Assembly (NCBI GenBank): GCA_965243135.1
Contig: OZ251539.1
Span: 2,464,001-2,528,000 of the forward strand
Source: Alphaproteobacteria bacterium
GTDB lineage: Bacteria > Pseudomonadota > Alphaproteobacteria > MPNO01 > UBA830
DNA length: 64,000 nucleotides
Direction: 5' to 3'
Below are positions 48,555 through 59,400 of the stretch, in pieces; the stretch's first letter is position 1, and each line of letters opens with the position of its first letter. The notes beneath the pieces were generated by a model, which made no database searches, was not told where the DNA came from, and saw only the letters and a list, made by a program, of their open reading frames with translations. A program made the position numbers and the translations under genes.

Positions 48555-49628
48555 TCACCCGGCCTCGTCCCATGCCGCGGAGACGGAGGAAGCGAGCCCG
48601 AACAGCGTTTCCTTGCGCATATTCCATCTTTGCCGGTCCAGGATGCAGTACCACTGCTCCGTGACGTTGTTCGTAGGAGGAGCATTGGGTGGAGGCTCGC
48701 GTTCGAAAGGGATGGTTCGCTCCGCCTCCCCGAATTCCTCTTTGCAAAGATGCACCGAGACAGGAAAAAAGGTCACGCGCATCTCCCCGCGATCGGTGAT
48801 CGTCAACGACAGTGGGGCGTTGAATCTTGTCTCGTGTTCGGGGAGTTCCAACGACCGTCGCGCTGTATAGAAGGTGTACCCGCGTGTGCGGGCGTGCAGC
48901 GTGTAACGGCCTTGTTGTTGGAATCTCTCGACCGCCTCGTGGAAAATATCGCTCACACCCTGATTTTCCGCGAATTCGTCGACGGCGCGATGGCGCTCTT
49001 CGCGGCTCTGTCGCCTGTTGCGGCCCCCTCTTGCCGCTTCGGTCGCCTCCGGTTCCGCCCGTACTTGCCTGGCGAGGAGCGTTTTGCCTTCGTGTTCGTA
49101 ACCGTGGAACGTCAGGAGCGATACGTCCACGCCCCGGGCCGCCAGGAAATCCACCATTCGGGTAGCCCGGGCATTGGTGCCGAGGCCGACGAGTATCATC
49201 CTCACGGGCCTCAAGGACGACAGCGGCTGTCCTTCGAAGCGCTGGGCGTACCAGTCCTCGAAATCCTCTATCTCGGCTATGCCGTCGCGGCCCGAGTGTT
49301 GAGCGATGTGCGCCGTCAGTTCGTCGTCGCCCATGGTTTCGAGGTGCGAGGCGTAGTCGATGATCTGGGTGACCGCGTCCCGTGTGAGATCGCCGCGCTT
49401 CAGTTCGAATACGACGAGCTGGCCGTCCGGGTCCACGCCCAGCAGGTCGAGCCAGCCTCCATCGGTCGGAGTCTGCCGCCCCACGAGTTCCAGCCCCGGT
49501 ATCAGCATGTCTGGGTTCTGAACGAGCGTATCCTCGAGCAGGGTCTCGGTTTCGGTGTGACTCGCCCGTTCCACCGGAGCGACCTCGCCTCCGCCCTCGA
49601 TCGCCCACATTTTCAGTTCTTCCGCCAC
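48555..49628 (-). CDS. NucS/DUF91-like PD-(D/E)xK nuclease domain protein with an unknown C-terminal domain
   Basis: LLEDTLVQNP, LVGRQ, LDLLGVD..GQLVVFELKRG, AVTQIIDYA. Confidence 0.82.
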   Translation of the reverse strand: MAEELKMWAIEGGGEVAPVERASHTETETLLEDTLVQNPDMLIPGLELVGRQTPTDGGWLDLLGVDPDGQLVVFELKRGDLTRDAVTQIIDYASHLETMGDDELTAHIAQHSGRDGIAEIEDFEDWYAQRFEGQPLSSLRPVRMILVGLGTNARATRMVDFLAARGVDVSLLTFHGYEHEGKTLLARQVRAEPEATEAARGGRNRRQSREERHRAVDEFAENQGVSDIFHEAVERFQQQGRYTLHARTRGYTFYTARRSLELPEHETRFNAPLSLTITDRGEMRVTFFPVSVHLCKEEFGEAERTIPFEREPPPNAPPTNNVTEQWYCILDRQRWNMRKETLFGLASSVSAAWDEAG

Positions 49629-49672
49629 GTCCACTCCTCCTCGTCCGCCCTTCCCCGTGGGTTCCGGCGCGG

Positions 49673-50088
49673 TCAGTCGAGGTTTCCCCAGCTTACCACG
49701 CGCTCGACGCGGACGGCGATGACGGGAAGGCCCTCTAGGGCCATCCGCCGGTACTGAGGGGTATCGCCCCCGCAGCATCGCCTGCGCACGGTCGTGCTCC
49801 TCCCCGTTCTCCAGGATTTCCGCCGCGCCTCACCATGACCCAGCCGAGAAGGCTCCAGTCCTCGTCGTAGCGGTCGACGACCAGCGCCGCGGAAGGGTTT
49901 TCGAGGATGTTGCGAATGCGCTTCAGGGGCCGCGCCGTCTCCCTCTTCGGTTTCTCGTCGATCGTGACGTAGAGGCCGCGCGCCCCGAGCGCGAAGCACA
50001 CCGGCGTCACGTGGGGCCGCCCGCCCGCGTCCGCCATCGCCAGCCGCCCGACGCGCTGGCCGTCCAGAAACGCCCGCTCCCCGAACAT
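49673..50088 (-). pseudogene. PPOX-class F420-dependent oxidoreductase (TIGR03668-like), frameshifted
   Basis: RVGRLAMAD..GRPHVTPVCFA, IDEKPK, LKRIRNILENP, VDRYDEDWSLLGWV; the C-terminus (AEILE..; YPQYRRMAL..VIAV..VVSWG) lies in other frames. Confidence 0.8.
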
Positions 50089-50250
50089 CCGTAGGAACCC
50101 TTTAGTTGACATCCATGAGTGATTGTGCGAATGGTCTTCCGAAGAAACAGCAGACGGAGTTCGCCATGAGCCGGTGGAAGCCTATTTTCTAGCGTTGGTC
50201 TACACGAGGTTTCGTCTCGCCCCTGACCCGTGAAGTCGGGAACTGGACGT

Positions 50251-50886
50251 TCAAGACCGCCTCTGATCGCTCCGTTCCTGGGCTTTCTCGGCCAACGACC
50301 GGAAGTGCTTGAAGTATCCGGGTGGCATCCCCGTCTCCTCCGCCCGGGCGGAGACGTGCATCTCGACGACATCGTGCAGTTGGATGAGCGCCCCACCGTA
50401 CAGGGGGAGGACGTCGTCCAGCTGCATCAAATCCCGTTCTACCAGCAAACCGACGGTTTCGAAGAATCCCGGCAGCTTCGGGATTTTCAAATAGCGCGCC
50501 TCGCCCGTATCGCGCATATCATGTAGGCGACGGGAGCATTCCTCTCGGAAAGCATCGGTCTTTCTCGATTCGTCAAAGTGTTTGTAATCGTCGTTACTGT
50601 TGACGAACGTTTCAACATCTCTTCGAAAATTGTGAAATTCCGTGCGCGGATCACTGAATTCCGCACTTTCCCACAATCGATCGAGATCGAGGATGATAGA
50701 CGCCCGAGCTTGCCGGGCTCTGCCCTTATTTGCCTCGATTGCCGCCTGAGCCTGCTCCGACGCGGCACCGGTCCGATGCATCGCAAGATGCAGAGCCCGT
50801 ACCGCGACGACTGCCAAGACCACGTTCGCCGCCGCGGATCTGCTTTGGAAACTCTGGTCGGGGATAGCGGTCGCGCGCAGCGCCAT
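50251..50886 (-). CDS. Hypothetical protein with N-terminal hydrophobic segment, DUF4760-like
   Basis: VVLAVVAV hydrophobic segment; ARASIILDLDRLWES; GFFETVGLLV; YFKHFRSLA. Start uncertain, possibly decayed. Confidence 0.55.
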   Translation of the reverse strand: MALRATAIPDQSFQSRSAAANVVLAVVAVRALHLAMHRTGAASEQAQAAIEANKGRARQARASIILDLDRLWESAEFSDPRTEFHNFRRDVETFVNSNDDYKHFDESRKTDAFREECSRRLHDMRDTGEARYLKIPKLPGFFETVGLLVERDLMQLDDVLPLYGGALIQLHDVVEMHVSARAEETGMPPGYFKHFRSLAEKAQERSDQRRS

Positions 50887-51019
50887 TGTCTCCGGCCGTT
50901 GCGGGAAAGCGAGGATTTGGCTTTGGCCCTTCGAGGCGATGACGCTTGTCCCTTGGTTCGCGGCGCCTGATGATTGTTTGCCACGCCGAATCGACCCGAC
51001 TTGGCCCTGAAGGTAAGAA

Positions 51020-51700
51020 CGTTCTGACCTCATGCCCCGGCGCGCCGCTTCGTACGCCGGTTGACCAGCGCCTTGTTGCTTGTTGGCGGGCCACGCCTGA
51101 CCCGTAGCCTCCAGCATTCAGGTTCGCGTAGCGCATGCGGTGCCCGTGCTCGCGAAATCGCCCGATCTCGCGCTCGAGATCCTTGAGCGCCGTCGCTGTC
51201 GTCGCCTTGTCGCGGAGATGGCGCGGCCTTGTCGATACCATTGGCATTGCAACTCAGGACGGCACGGTACTTCTCGTCGGGCGCGACGGTCGGCAACATC
51301 GCTGAGACGTTCGCATGCACGACGAAAATAGACCGCCTGTTGGTCGGGTTGGAGTCTCTCGAGAAACGTCCGGTTGTCGGCTGCGGCGTCGGCGATAGCG
51401 AAAAGCTGAAGGCCAAGCCGCACTTTCGTGGGCGACCTCTTCGGCAATCTGCGCTTTTAGCGTCGCCTCACCGGCCGAAATGCAAATGATCCCGGTCGAT
51501 TGCCGTCCGCGTCATGGAAACTGACGCCTCGCGTCGGCGCGCTTCTTCGCGCCCGTTGGAACGCAGCCCGACGCTGTCGAGCGAGACAGCGCCGCCCGGC
51601 ACCGGTTTCTCCTTGTTCGTCCAAGCCCGCCTCCCCCTTCTCCTCCCATGCCCGCCATCGCCAAAAGGTGCCGCAGGTAACTCGACGACGAGTTCATGCT
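51020..51700 (-). mobile_element. Degenerate ISKra4/ISLre2-like transposase remnant
   Basis: Fragments REAS.., HLHFGR, ADAAADNRTFLE..YFRRACERL, FREHGHRMRYA..GYGSGV, NKALVNRRTKR spread over several frames. Confidence 0.6.
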
Positions 51701-52346
51701 CCCCGGCTTTCCGAAGAGTTTGGTCCCGCGGCGTACAGCGATCCATGACCAAGAGAGCGCGGTAACCGGTCCAACCGTCAACCAAACCGAGGCTTTCGTC
51801 GACCGGCGGACGAACTCCCGCGAGCGGGAGAATGTGACCGGACCGGACAACGCGGGTTCATCGCGTCGGCACAGCCCGGTAGAAAACCTGACCGTCCCGG
51901 CGGACCGGGCCGTGGCCATCGTCCTGCGATGTAATCGCCTATAGCCGCACGGCAGGCAGGCAAGCTCGAACGACCCGGTTTCGGTGAACGCTTCGAATCC
52001 CTGATCCCGTCGTTCCATCCGTTTGAGGGCTGCGACTGACTGAAGCGCCTCGGCCGTCGCCGCAGGGAGGTTCGAGAAGGGCAAACCGGGGCGGTAACGC
52101 CGACATGGCAATGCCGAACCTCCATCCGTTCCAAGTGCGGCGCTCGCCATGTAGGTCGGCGGCCCGCGGCATGAGCCGACGGCAAATCGAGCGAGAGCGC
52201 CGCTGGCGACCCGCCGCCAGGATACGCTCTTCCGCGAGCGCCGCCGGCCCCGGAGCGCGACGCCGGCCATGAACGGGCGCCGCCGCTTGCGCACGGCGAA
52301 ACGGAGTGTGAATATCGGGCTGCGGACAACGGTAGCGGAGGACGGG

Positions 52347-53219
52347 GTGAAGGCGCCGAAATTCAGGTACGCGAGGGCGGAGTCGGTAAGGCATGCCCTC
52401 GAGCTGCTTCAGGCCCATGGGGAGGACGCGCGGATTCTCGCGGGCGGCCAGAGCCTTATGCCGACTCTCAACATGCGCCTGTCGCAGCCGGAGATTCTAA
52501 TCGACATCAACCGTCTCGAAGAGCTGCGCGGCATCCGCGACGACGACAGCGCGATACGCATCGGCGCCCTCGCGCGGCACGTCGAAGTGCTGAACTCGGA
52601 CATCGTCGGGAAGCGTCTGCCGCTGATCGCCGAAGCGATGCCGCACGTCGCCCATGCGGCGGTCCGCAATCGCGGGACGTTCGGCGGCAGCGTGGCGCTC
52701 GCCGACCCCGCGGCCGAACTGCCGGCCTGCGTCCTCGCGCTCGGCGCGACCATCGTCCTGGAAAGCGTCGACGGCAAGCGGGAGGTCGCGGCGGAAGACT
52801 ACTTCAAAGGCCTTTACGAAACCGCGCGGCGCGACGACGAACTCCTCGTCGAAATCCGCGTTCCTCCGCAAAAATCCGAAAACGCGTCGGTTTTCCTGGA
52901 ACTCGCGCGCCGCCGCGGCGATTTCGCGATCGCCGGCGTCGCCGCCTGCGGAAAGGTGTCGAAAGGAACGATAGAAGACATGCGCCTGGTTTATTTCGCG
53001 AGCGAGGACAAACCGACGGTCGGAACGGCGGCCGCCGCCGCCCTGCGAGGCCGGCCCTGGTCGAACGAGACGCGCGAGGCCGCGACCGCGGCGCTGGAGG
53101 ACGATCTCGACCCGATGGCGAACCTGCACGGCAGCGCAGCGATGAAGATGCATCTCCAGAAGGTGCTGACCGGCCGCGCGATGGACGCGGCCGTCGCGCG
53201 CGCGGAAGCGTCGTCATGA
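52347..53219 (+). CDS. Xanthine dehydrogenase family FAD-binding subunit (CoxM-like)
   Basis: LAGGQSLMPTLNMRL, VRNRGTFGGS, ADPAAELP, RRRGDFA. Confidence 0.92.
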   Translation: MKAPKFRYARAESVRHALELLQAHGEDARILAGGQSLMPTLNMRLSQPEILIDINRLEELRGIRDDDSAIRIGALARHVEVLNSDIVGKRLPLIAEAMPHVAHAAVRNRGTFGGSVALADPAAELPACVLALGATIVLESVDGKREVAAEDYFKGLYETARRDDELLVEIRVPPQKSENASVFLELARRRGDFAIAGVAACGKVSKGTIEDMRLVYFASEDKPTVGTAAAAALRGRPWSNETREAATAALEDDLDPMANLHGSAAMKMHLQKVLTGRAMDAAVARAEASS

Positions 53220-53704
53220 ACGAGGAAACCCTTGCGGTCTCCATGACCGTCAACGGCGAACGAATCGCCCGGTCGATTCCCGTCAGGCAGCATCTGGTCG
53301 ATTTCGTGCGCAACGAACTCGGTTTCACGGGATCCCATCTCGGCTGCGAGCACGGGGTCTGCGGCGCGTGCTCGGTGCGGGTCGACGGCGCCGTCGTGCG
53401 CGGCTGCCTCGTTCTCGCGGTGCAGTGCGAGGGAGCCGACGTCGTCACCATCGAAGGCCTTTCGGATTCTGGCGAGATTAGCGATCTGCAGGAAACCTTC
53501 GTCGAGCGCAACGCGCTTCAGTGCGGATACTGCACGCCCGGAATGCTGATGACCGCGGCCGAACTTCTCGCCGAACGCCGGCCGCGAAGCCGCGAGGAAA
53601 TTCGCGAATTCATGTCCGGCAACTACTGCCGCTGCACCGGCTACCACGCCATCGTCGACGCGATCGAAACCGTCAACGACGCTCGGCTCGGGACCGAGCG
53701 ATGA
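53216..53704 (+). CDS. (2Fe-2S)-binding subunit (CoxS-like)
   Basis: GCEHGVCGAC, QCGYCTPG, NYCRCTGY. Confidence 0.95.
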   Translation: MNEETLAVSMTVNGERIARSIPVRQHLVDFVRNELGFTGSHLGCEHGVCGACSVRVDGAVVRGCLVLAVQCEGADVVTIEGLSDSGEISDLQETFVERNALQCGYCTPGMLMTAAELLAERRPRSREEIREFMSGNYCRCTGYHAIVDAIETVNDARLGTER

Positions 53705-56076
53705 TCCATCCCTACGAGCGCCCGAACTCGTACATCGGACGTACCCTTCCGCGTTCCCGCGCCCGGCGCGCCGTCGCCGGCCGCGCGCGGTACAGCGACG
53801 ACATCGCTCCGCCGCGCGCCCTGCACGCGGCTTTCGTCCGCAGCCCCCATGCGCATGCCGCGATCTCCGGGATACGGGCCGCCGACGCGAAGGGAGCGCC
53901 GGGCGTGAGGCTCGTCATGACGGGCGCGGAACTCGCCGAAATGTGCGCCGGCCCCTGGATCGGAACGTTGACCGTGTTCGAGGGCATGAAGGCGGCGCCG
54001 CAGTATCCGATGGCGGTGGAACGCGCTTGCTGGCACGGAGAGCCGGTCGCGATGGTCGTTGCGGACAGCCGCGCCGAAGCCGAAGACGCCTGCGAACTTG
54101 TCGAGGTGTCTTACGAGGAACTTCCCGTCGTCATAGAAAAGGAAAAAGCGCTCGATCCCGCTTCGCCCTTGATCCACGAAGCTCTCGGCACCAACCGGGC
54201 CTGGGGGAAGACGGTCGTTTCGGGGGACGTGGACGCGGCCTTCGCCGAAGCCGATCACGTGCTCGAAGACACCTTTTCGTTCGGCCGCCACACGGCGGTC
54301 AGCCTCGAGCCGCGCGTCCTTCTCGCCGATTTCGACCCGGGCACCGGCCGGCTCGAGATCCACACCTCGAGCCAGTGCCCGCACATGATCCAGACGGTCT
54401 TCGCGACGACGCTCGGCCTCGAGGAGCACGACGTGCGCGTCGTCGCCCCTGACGTGGGCGGTTCGTTCGGCCTGAAGATTCACACCTTCGGCGACGAAGT
54501 CGCGACGACCGCGGCGTCGATGAAGCTCGGCCGGCCCGTAAAATTCGTCGCGGATCGGCTGGAATCCTTCGTATCCGACATCCACGCGCGCGAAAACAGG
54601 GTTCGCGCCCGAATCGGCGTCATGAGCGACGGCACGCTCACGGCCGCCGAGATCGACGTGCTGTCCGGCGTCGGCGCGTATTCGCAGTACCCGAGAACGA
54701 GCGTCTTCGAGGCCAACCAGATCCTCAACGTCACCTTCGGCCCCTACGGACATCCGAACTACCGAGCCCGGGCGGCGGTCGCCTACCTCAACGCCGTGCC
54801 GACCTCGCAGTACCGGGCAGTGGGCCATCCGATCGGGATATCGGTCGGCGAAGCCATGATGGACAGGGCGGCCGAGGCGACCGGACTCGACCCGATCGAG
54901 ATCCGGCACCGAAACGTCATGGCGGACGATTCATACCCGAGAAAGATCGGGGCCGGCATCGTGATGAAGGATCTTTCTCACCAGGCCTGCCTCGAGAAGC
55001 TTCGCGCGATGATGGATTACGACGCTCTGCGTCGGGAACGGGACGCGCTTCGCCTGGAGGGCGTCTATCGCGGCATCGGCGTCGCCGGCTTCATAAAAGG
55101 CACCGCGCCGAGCCCGGTCGGGTATTACGGCGCGGGAGGCGCGCGGATCGCCGCGCAGGACGCGGCGACGGTCAAACTGGAGCCTTCCGGCGGGATATTG
55201 GTTCATCTCGGCGTCACCGATCAGGGCCAGGGCGTCGACACGGTGATGGAGCAGATCGCGGCCGCGGCCGTGGGCGTTCCCGTGGAGCGCGTCCGCGCCA
55301 TTTCGGGCGACACGGATGCGGTGCCTTACGGCGGCGGCACCTACGCGTCGCGCGCCACCGCCATCGGCGGAGAAGCCGCCTACCAGGCGGCCCTCGACTT
55401 GCGCCGGGAGATCCTCGAAATCGCGAGCCAGCTGCTCCAATCCGATCCGGAAGCGATCGATATCGTCGACGGCAACGTCGTGGATCCGGAAACCGGAACG
55501 GTGCGCCTGCCGCTCTCCGAAATCGGACGAATCGGCCATTTCCAGCTGGGCGAACTGCCGAACGACTTTCAACCGGTTCTTTCCCACACCCGGCGCTTCC
55601 GCCTGCAAGATCTGCCTTACATCTTCACCAACGGCTTTCACGGCGCCTATGTCGAAGTCGACGCCGATACCGGCTGGATCAGGCACCTCCGGCACTGGAT
55701 CGTCGAGGACTGCGGCCGCCTCATCAATCCGCAACTTGCGGACGAGCAGGTTCGCGGCGGCGCGGTTCAGGGGCTCGGCGGCGCGCTCTACGAACATTGC
55801 ATCTACGACGATAACGGCCAGCTGCAGAACGGAACCATGGCCGACTACGTCACGCCGATGGCGGGGGAAATGCCGGATATCGACGTCGCCCATGTCGAGA
55901 CGCCGACAAGCGAATCGGAACTCGGCGCCAAGGGCGCCGGAGAGTCCGGCACGGGGGCGGCTCCGGGCGTGGTGATGAACGCGGTCAACGACGCGATCGG
56001 TCCGCTTACCCGGCGGCGCGTCACGGAACAGCCGATGACGCCCGAGGTGGTGCTGAAAGCGCTGGGCAGAATCTGA
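53701..56076 (+). CDS. Xanthine dehydrogenase family Mo subunit
   Basis: RPNSYIGR, GGSFGLK, QYRAVGHP, DQGQG, GAKGAGESG; ATGA overlap. Confidence 0.93.
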   Translation: MIHPYERPNSYIGRTLPRSRARRAVAGRARYSDDIAPPRALHAAFVRSPHAHAAISGIRAADAKGAPGVRLVMTGAELAEMCAGPWIGTLTVFEGMKAAPQYPMAVERACWHGEPVAMVVADSRAEAEDACELVEVSYEELPVVIEKEKALDPASPLIHEALGTNRAWGKTVVSGDVDAAFAEADHVLEDTFSFGRHTAVSLEPRVLLADFDPGTGRLEIHTSSQCPHMIQTVFATTLGLEEHDVRVVAPDVGGSFGLKIHTFGDEVATTAASMKLGRPVKFVADRLESFVSDIHARENRVRARIGVMSDGTLTAAEIDVLSGVGAYSQYPRTSVFEANQILNVTFGPYGHPNYRARAAVAYLNAVPTSQYRAVGHPIGISVGEAMMDRAAEATGLDPIEIRHRNVMADDSYPRKIGAGIVMKDLSHQACLEKLRAMMDYDALRRERDALRLEGVYRGIGVAGFIKGTAPSPVGYYGAGGARIAAQDAATVKLEPSGGILVHLGVTDQGQGVDTVMEQIAAAAVGVPVERVRAISGDTDAVPYGGGTYASRATAIGGEAAYQAALDLRREILEIASQLLQSDPEAIDIVDGNVVDPETGTVRLPLSEIGRIGHFQLGELPNDFQPVLSHTRRFRLQDLPYIFTNGFHGAYVEVDADTGWIRHLRHWIVEDCGRLINPQLADEQVRGGAVQGLGGALYEHCIYDDNGQLQNGTMADYVTPMAGEMPDIDVAHVETPTSESELGAKGAGESGTGAAPGVVMNAVNDAIGPLTRRRVTEQPMTPEVVLKALGRI

Positions 56077-56370
56077 TCGCGGAGCGCCGGCTTCCGGGAA
56101 CCCGCGGCGCTCGTCCCGCGGTCGCGGCGGAGGCAGGACGGCCGGCGCCGGAAAACGCCAGGGGCGCCGCCGTCGTTTCGCAGGCGCGCGCGGAATTTCC
56201 GGCCGGCTTCAGCCTTCCTTTCGGCGCGAACGGCAGGCTCGACGAGGGGCGCTCCATGAAGGAAGCGCGGCTTCGCCGCCGACTCCCGGACGTCTCGGCG
56301 GATCCCCGTCCGGCCGCAGTTGCGGCTTCCTGCATGCGGCCGCCGTACGGGGGAATCTGCGAGGCAACGT

Positions 56371-57987
56371 TCACGCTCCAGGATCGTTGGCCCTTCGGCG
56401 CAGTTCGGAACGCCGGATCTTGCCGTTGACCGTTTTCGGCAGTTCGGCTTCGAAAGCGACGGCGCGCGGATACATGTACGGCGGCGCATGCCGCTTCACG
56501 TGGTCCTGCAGTTCGGTCGCGAGCGCATCGTCGCCGGCCGCGCCCGGAGCCGGCACGACATAGGCCTTGACGACCGCGCCGCGCCGTCCCGTCGGGTCCG
56601 GGGCCGGCACGCAGGCGCATTCGGCGACCGCCGCATGCTGCATCAGCACGCTTTCGACCTGCACCGGCGAAATGTTGTAACCCGCCGAGACGATCATCTC
56701 GTCGTGGCGGGCGACGTAACGGAAGTCGCCCCGGGCGTCGCGGACGACGACGTCCTGAAAGACGTTCCAGCCGTCTCTGACCGTTTTCGCCTGTTGGTCC
56801 GGCTTGTTCCAGTAGACGGTGCCGGTGGGCCCGCGGGCCGCCAACAGCCCCGGCGCGCCGTCCGGCACGGGTTCGAGCGTATCCGGATCGAGAACGGCAA
56901 CCTCGTATCCCGGCGCTTCGCGACCCAGCGTCGCGGCGCGCGGCGGACCGTCGAACCGCGTGGAGGTCAGGAAGCAGTGGAGCATCTCGGTCGTGCCGAT
57001 GAATTGCTCGAGCGGCAGGCCGGTCGCTTCCAGCCACGCTCGTTCCACCTCGCCGGCAAGCGGTTCTCCGCCGGTCATGGGGTGGCGGAGGCTCGAGAGG
57101 TCGGGCGCCGTGTCCCGTATCAGGGGCACCAGGGCGTTGTAGTACGACACCACGCCCGCAAAGATGGTGATCCGGCGGGCGGCGATCAGCTCGAGCGCCT
57201 TCTGCGGCGATTTGTCGGCTTCCAGAACCGCGGCGTGGCCGAGCCTGAGGGGGAAATACACGAACAGGCCGAAGCCGAGAGCGAAGGCGATCGACGGAGG
57301 TCCGCCCACGACGTCGTCGGGCCGGGGGGCCACCGACCCCCGCCAGTAACTGTCGGCGATCGCCAGCATATCGCTGTGGCAATGGCACGTGCCTTTCGGC
57401 TCCCCGGTGCTGCCGGAAGTGTAGAGCAACAGGCAGAGCGCTTCGGCGTCCGTGTCCGCGTAGACCGGTTCGACCGGACCTTTCGGCAGGCAGTCCGCGA
57501 AAGACCGGAAACGGCCCAGCGGATCGCGAGTCAGCGCGACGACTTCCGTTCGCGCGGCTCGGGCCACAGGCGCCGCCTCGTCGAGCAACTCGGCGGACGA
57601 AATCAGCAATCGCGCGTCGGCGTCGTCGGCGCGGTAAATCAAGTCTCCGGCGCGAAGCTGGATATAGGTGGGCATGGCAACCGCGCCGATCGCCTGGACG
57701 GCGAGAATCGAGGCCACGAGATCGAAACCGTCGGGAATGCGCAAAATCACGACGTCGCCCTCGACGATCCCCAACGCGCGAAGCGCCGCCGCGAAACGGT
57801 GCACTTCGCTCCGGACCTCGCCGAAGGATACGGTCCGCTGGTCTTGGTAGTAGGCGGGGCGTTCCGTCCAGCCTGCCGCGCGCGCTTCTTCGAGAACGGC
57901 CTCGACGGCGTTCAGACGCTCCGGGTAACCGAAAGCGACCAGTTCCGGCGCCGATTCCGGTGGACAGAGATCCGCGTATTTACGCAA
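56371..57987 (-). CDS. Benzoate/2-aminobenzoate-CoA ligase-like AMP-binding enzyme
   Basis: LYTSGSTGEPKG, GPPSIAFALG, IGTTEMLHCF, RGPTG, SAGYNISPVQVE, LPKTVNGKI. Confidence 0.9.
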   Translation of the reverse strand: MRKYADLCPPESAPELVAFGYPERLNAVEAVLEEARAAGWTERPAYYQDQRTVSFGEVRSEVHRFAAALRALGIVEGDVVILRIPDGFDLVASILAVQAIGAVAMPTYIQLRAGDLIYRADDADARLLISSAELLDEAAPVARAARTEVVALTRDPLGRFRSFADCLPKGPVEPVYADTDAEALCLLLYTSGSTGEPKGTCHCHSDMLAIADSYWRGSVAPRPDDVVGGPPSIAFALGFGLFVYFPLRLGHAAVLEADKSPQKALELIAARRITIFAGVVSYYNALVPLIRDTAPDLSSLRHPMTGGEPLAGEVERAWLEATGLPLEQFIGTTEMLHCFLTSTRFDGPPRAATLGREAPGYEVAVLDPDTLEPVPDGAPGLLAARGPTGTVYWNKPDQQAKTVRDGWNVFQDVVVRDARGDFRYVARHDEMIVSAGYNISPVQVESVLMQHAAVAECACVPAPDPTGRRGAVVKAYVVPAPGAAGDDALATELQDHVKRHAPPYMYPRAVAFEAELPKTVNGKIRRSELRRRANDPGA

Positions 57988-57996
57988 GGCGGCGCG

Positions 57997-59064
57997 TTAC
58001 CGGCGAAGAAGCGGCAAGACCCCTTCGGCGATGGCGCGCATCTGGCCGAACTGGTCGGGCGAACCGATTACGAACTGGAAGATGCGGACGCCGACGTCGA
58101 TATATTCCTGGAGGCGCGCGGCGATCCGTTCGGGAGGGCCTGCAACCGCCCAGCGGTCGACGACGTCGTCGCGGATGGGCGGTCCGTGGAAATCCTCAAG
58201 GTGCGAGCGCACGCCTTCCCAAGCGGCGCGGGGGTCGTCGCCAACGTTCATGAAGCAGTTCCAGGCGCGCGCGTAGGGCTTGCCCGGTTTGCGCTCCGCG
58301 GCAAGGTTTTTGATCGTCTTCCAGTTCTGCGCGTATTCTTCGGGAGTGACGTGAACCGTAATCCAGCCGTCGCCGTAATCCACGACCCGATCGAGATTGC
58401 CCGGCAACCATTTGCCCGCGTTCTTCGCCTTCCAGCCATGATGCACCGGCCCGCCCGGCTGGGTCGGAAAGTAGATGCCGGATCCGACGAGGACCGGCGG
58501 CATGGACGAGGGCCGCGCATAGCCCAGCGTAATCTCGTTGAAGCGAAAATACTCTCCTCTATAGGCGAACTTGTCCTCGCTCCAGAGGCGCCTCATGACC
58601 TCAAGGCATTCGTCGAATATCCGTCCTCGCCTGTTGTACAACGCGGCCGCGTCAAGGTCCGTATCGTGGCGAAGCGCCGCCAACCCTTCGAATTCGCGCT
58701 TTATCAAGGTCGGCGTGCCGGCGCCCATCCCGACCCCCATCACGGCGCGGCCTTCCGACAATTCGTAAAGGGTAGCCCATTGATTGGCCGTCGCGACCGG
58801 ATTCCGCACCTGAGGAGTGAGTATGCCGGTGCAGAGGCGCAACTTTCGGGTGCGTCCCGCAATGGCCGACAGCGTATTGATCGGACAATAGGCCGCGGTC
58901 GTCCGCCGGCCCATCATCGCGTCGTGCACCCAAACGGCGTCAAATCCCATGGCTTCCGCCTCGACCCCGGCTCGCACGAGATCCCGGAGATCGTAGGATT
59001 TGCCGGTGATTCCGGTCACGTTGTTGACGGAAACCCCGATTATGAACTCGTCGGCAAATTGCAT
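57997..59064 (-). CDS. LLM-class flavin-dependent oxidoreductase
   Basis: AEAMGFDAVWVHD, LSAIAGRT, RNPV..A, LSEGR..MGVGMG, YGDGW. Confidence 0.88.
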   Translation of the reverse strand: MQFADEFIIGVSVNNVTGITGKSYDLRDLVRAGVEAEAMGFDAVWVHDAMMGRRTTAAYCPINTLSAIAGRTRKLRLCTGILTPQVRNPVATANQWATLYELSEGRAVMGVGMGAGTPTLIKREFEGLAALRHDTDLDAAALYNRRGRIFDECLEVMRRLWSEDKFAYRGEYFRFNEITLGYARPSSMPPVLVGSGIYFPTQPGGPVHHGWKAKNAGKWLPGNLDRVVDYGDGWITVHVTPEEYAQNWKTIKNLAAERKPGKPYARAWNCFMNVGDDPRAAWEGVRSHLEDFHGPPIRDDVVDRWAVAGPPERIAARLQEYIDVGVRIFQFVIGSPDQFGQMRAIAEGVLPLLRR

Positions 59065-59400
59065 GGATGCCCCACCGGATGCGCCAAGCGAAGAAGGGAG
59101 TAACATCTGCGCCCGAGCGGCGCAACGACGGGTTCCGGCCATCGCTCAACGCCCGCAAAGCGGCAAGCTTGCCGTCGCAGGCGCGGCGAACGATGAGCCC
59201 AACGGTCGTCCGGCGGAACGAACCGCGGGCGAACAACTGCGCTTCGAACCGCGTCCCGTCGCAGTCGGAACGACGAACGTCGATGACGGACGACTCGCGG
59301 AACGCGGACGAAGCGAAAATCTTCGCCGGATCGAGCTTGACAACGCCAACCGATTCTCCGACCCTGCAGCGCTGTGGGCTGCACAGGATGGATCTCCAAT

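Noticed and set aside
52347-56076. Aerobic CO dehydrogenase coxMSL
   Set aside because: The large subunit has QYRAVGH, not AYxCSFR, and no cox accessory genes are adjacent.
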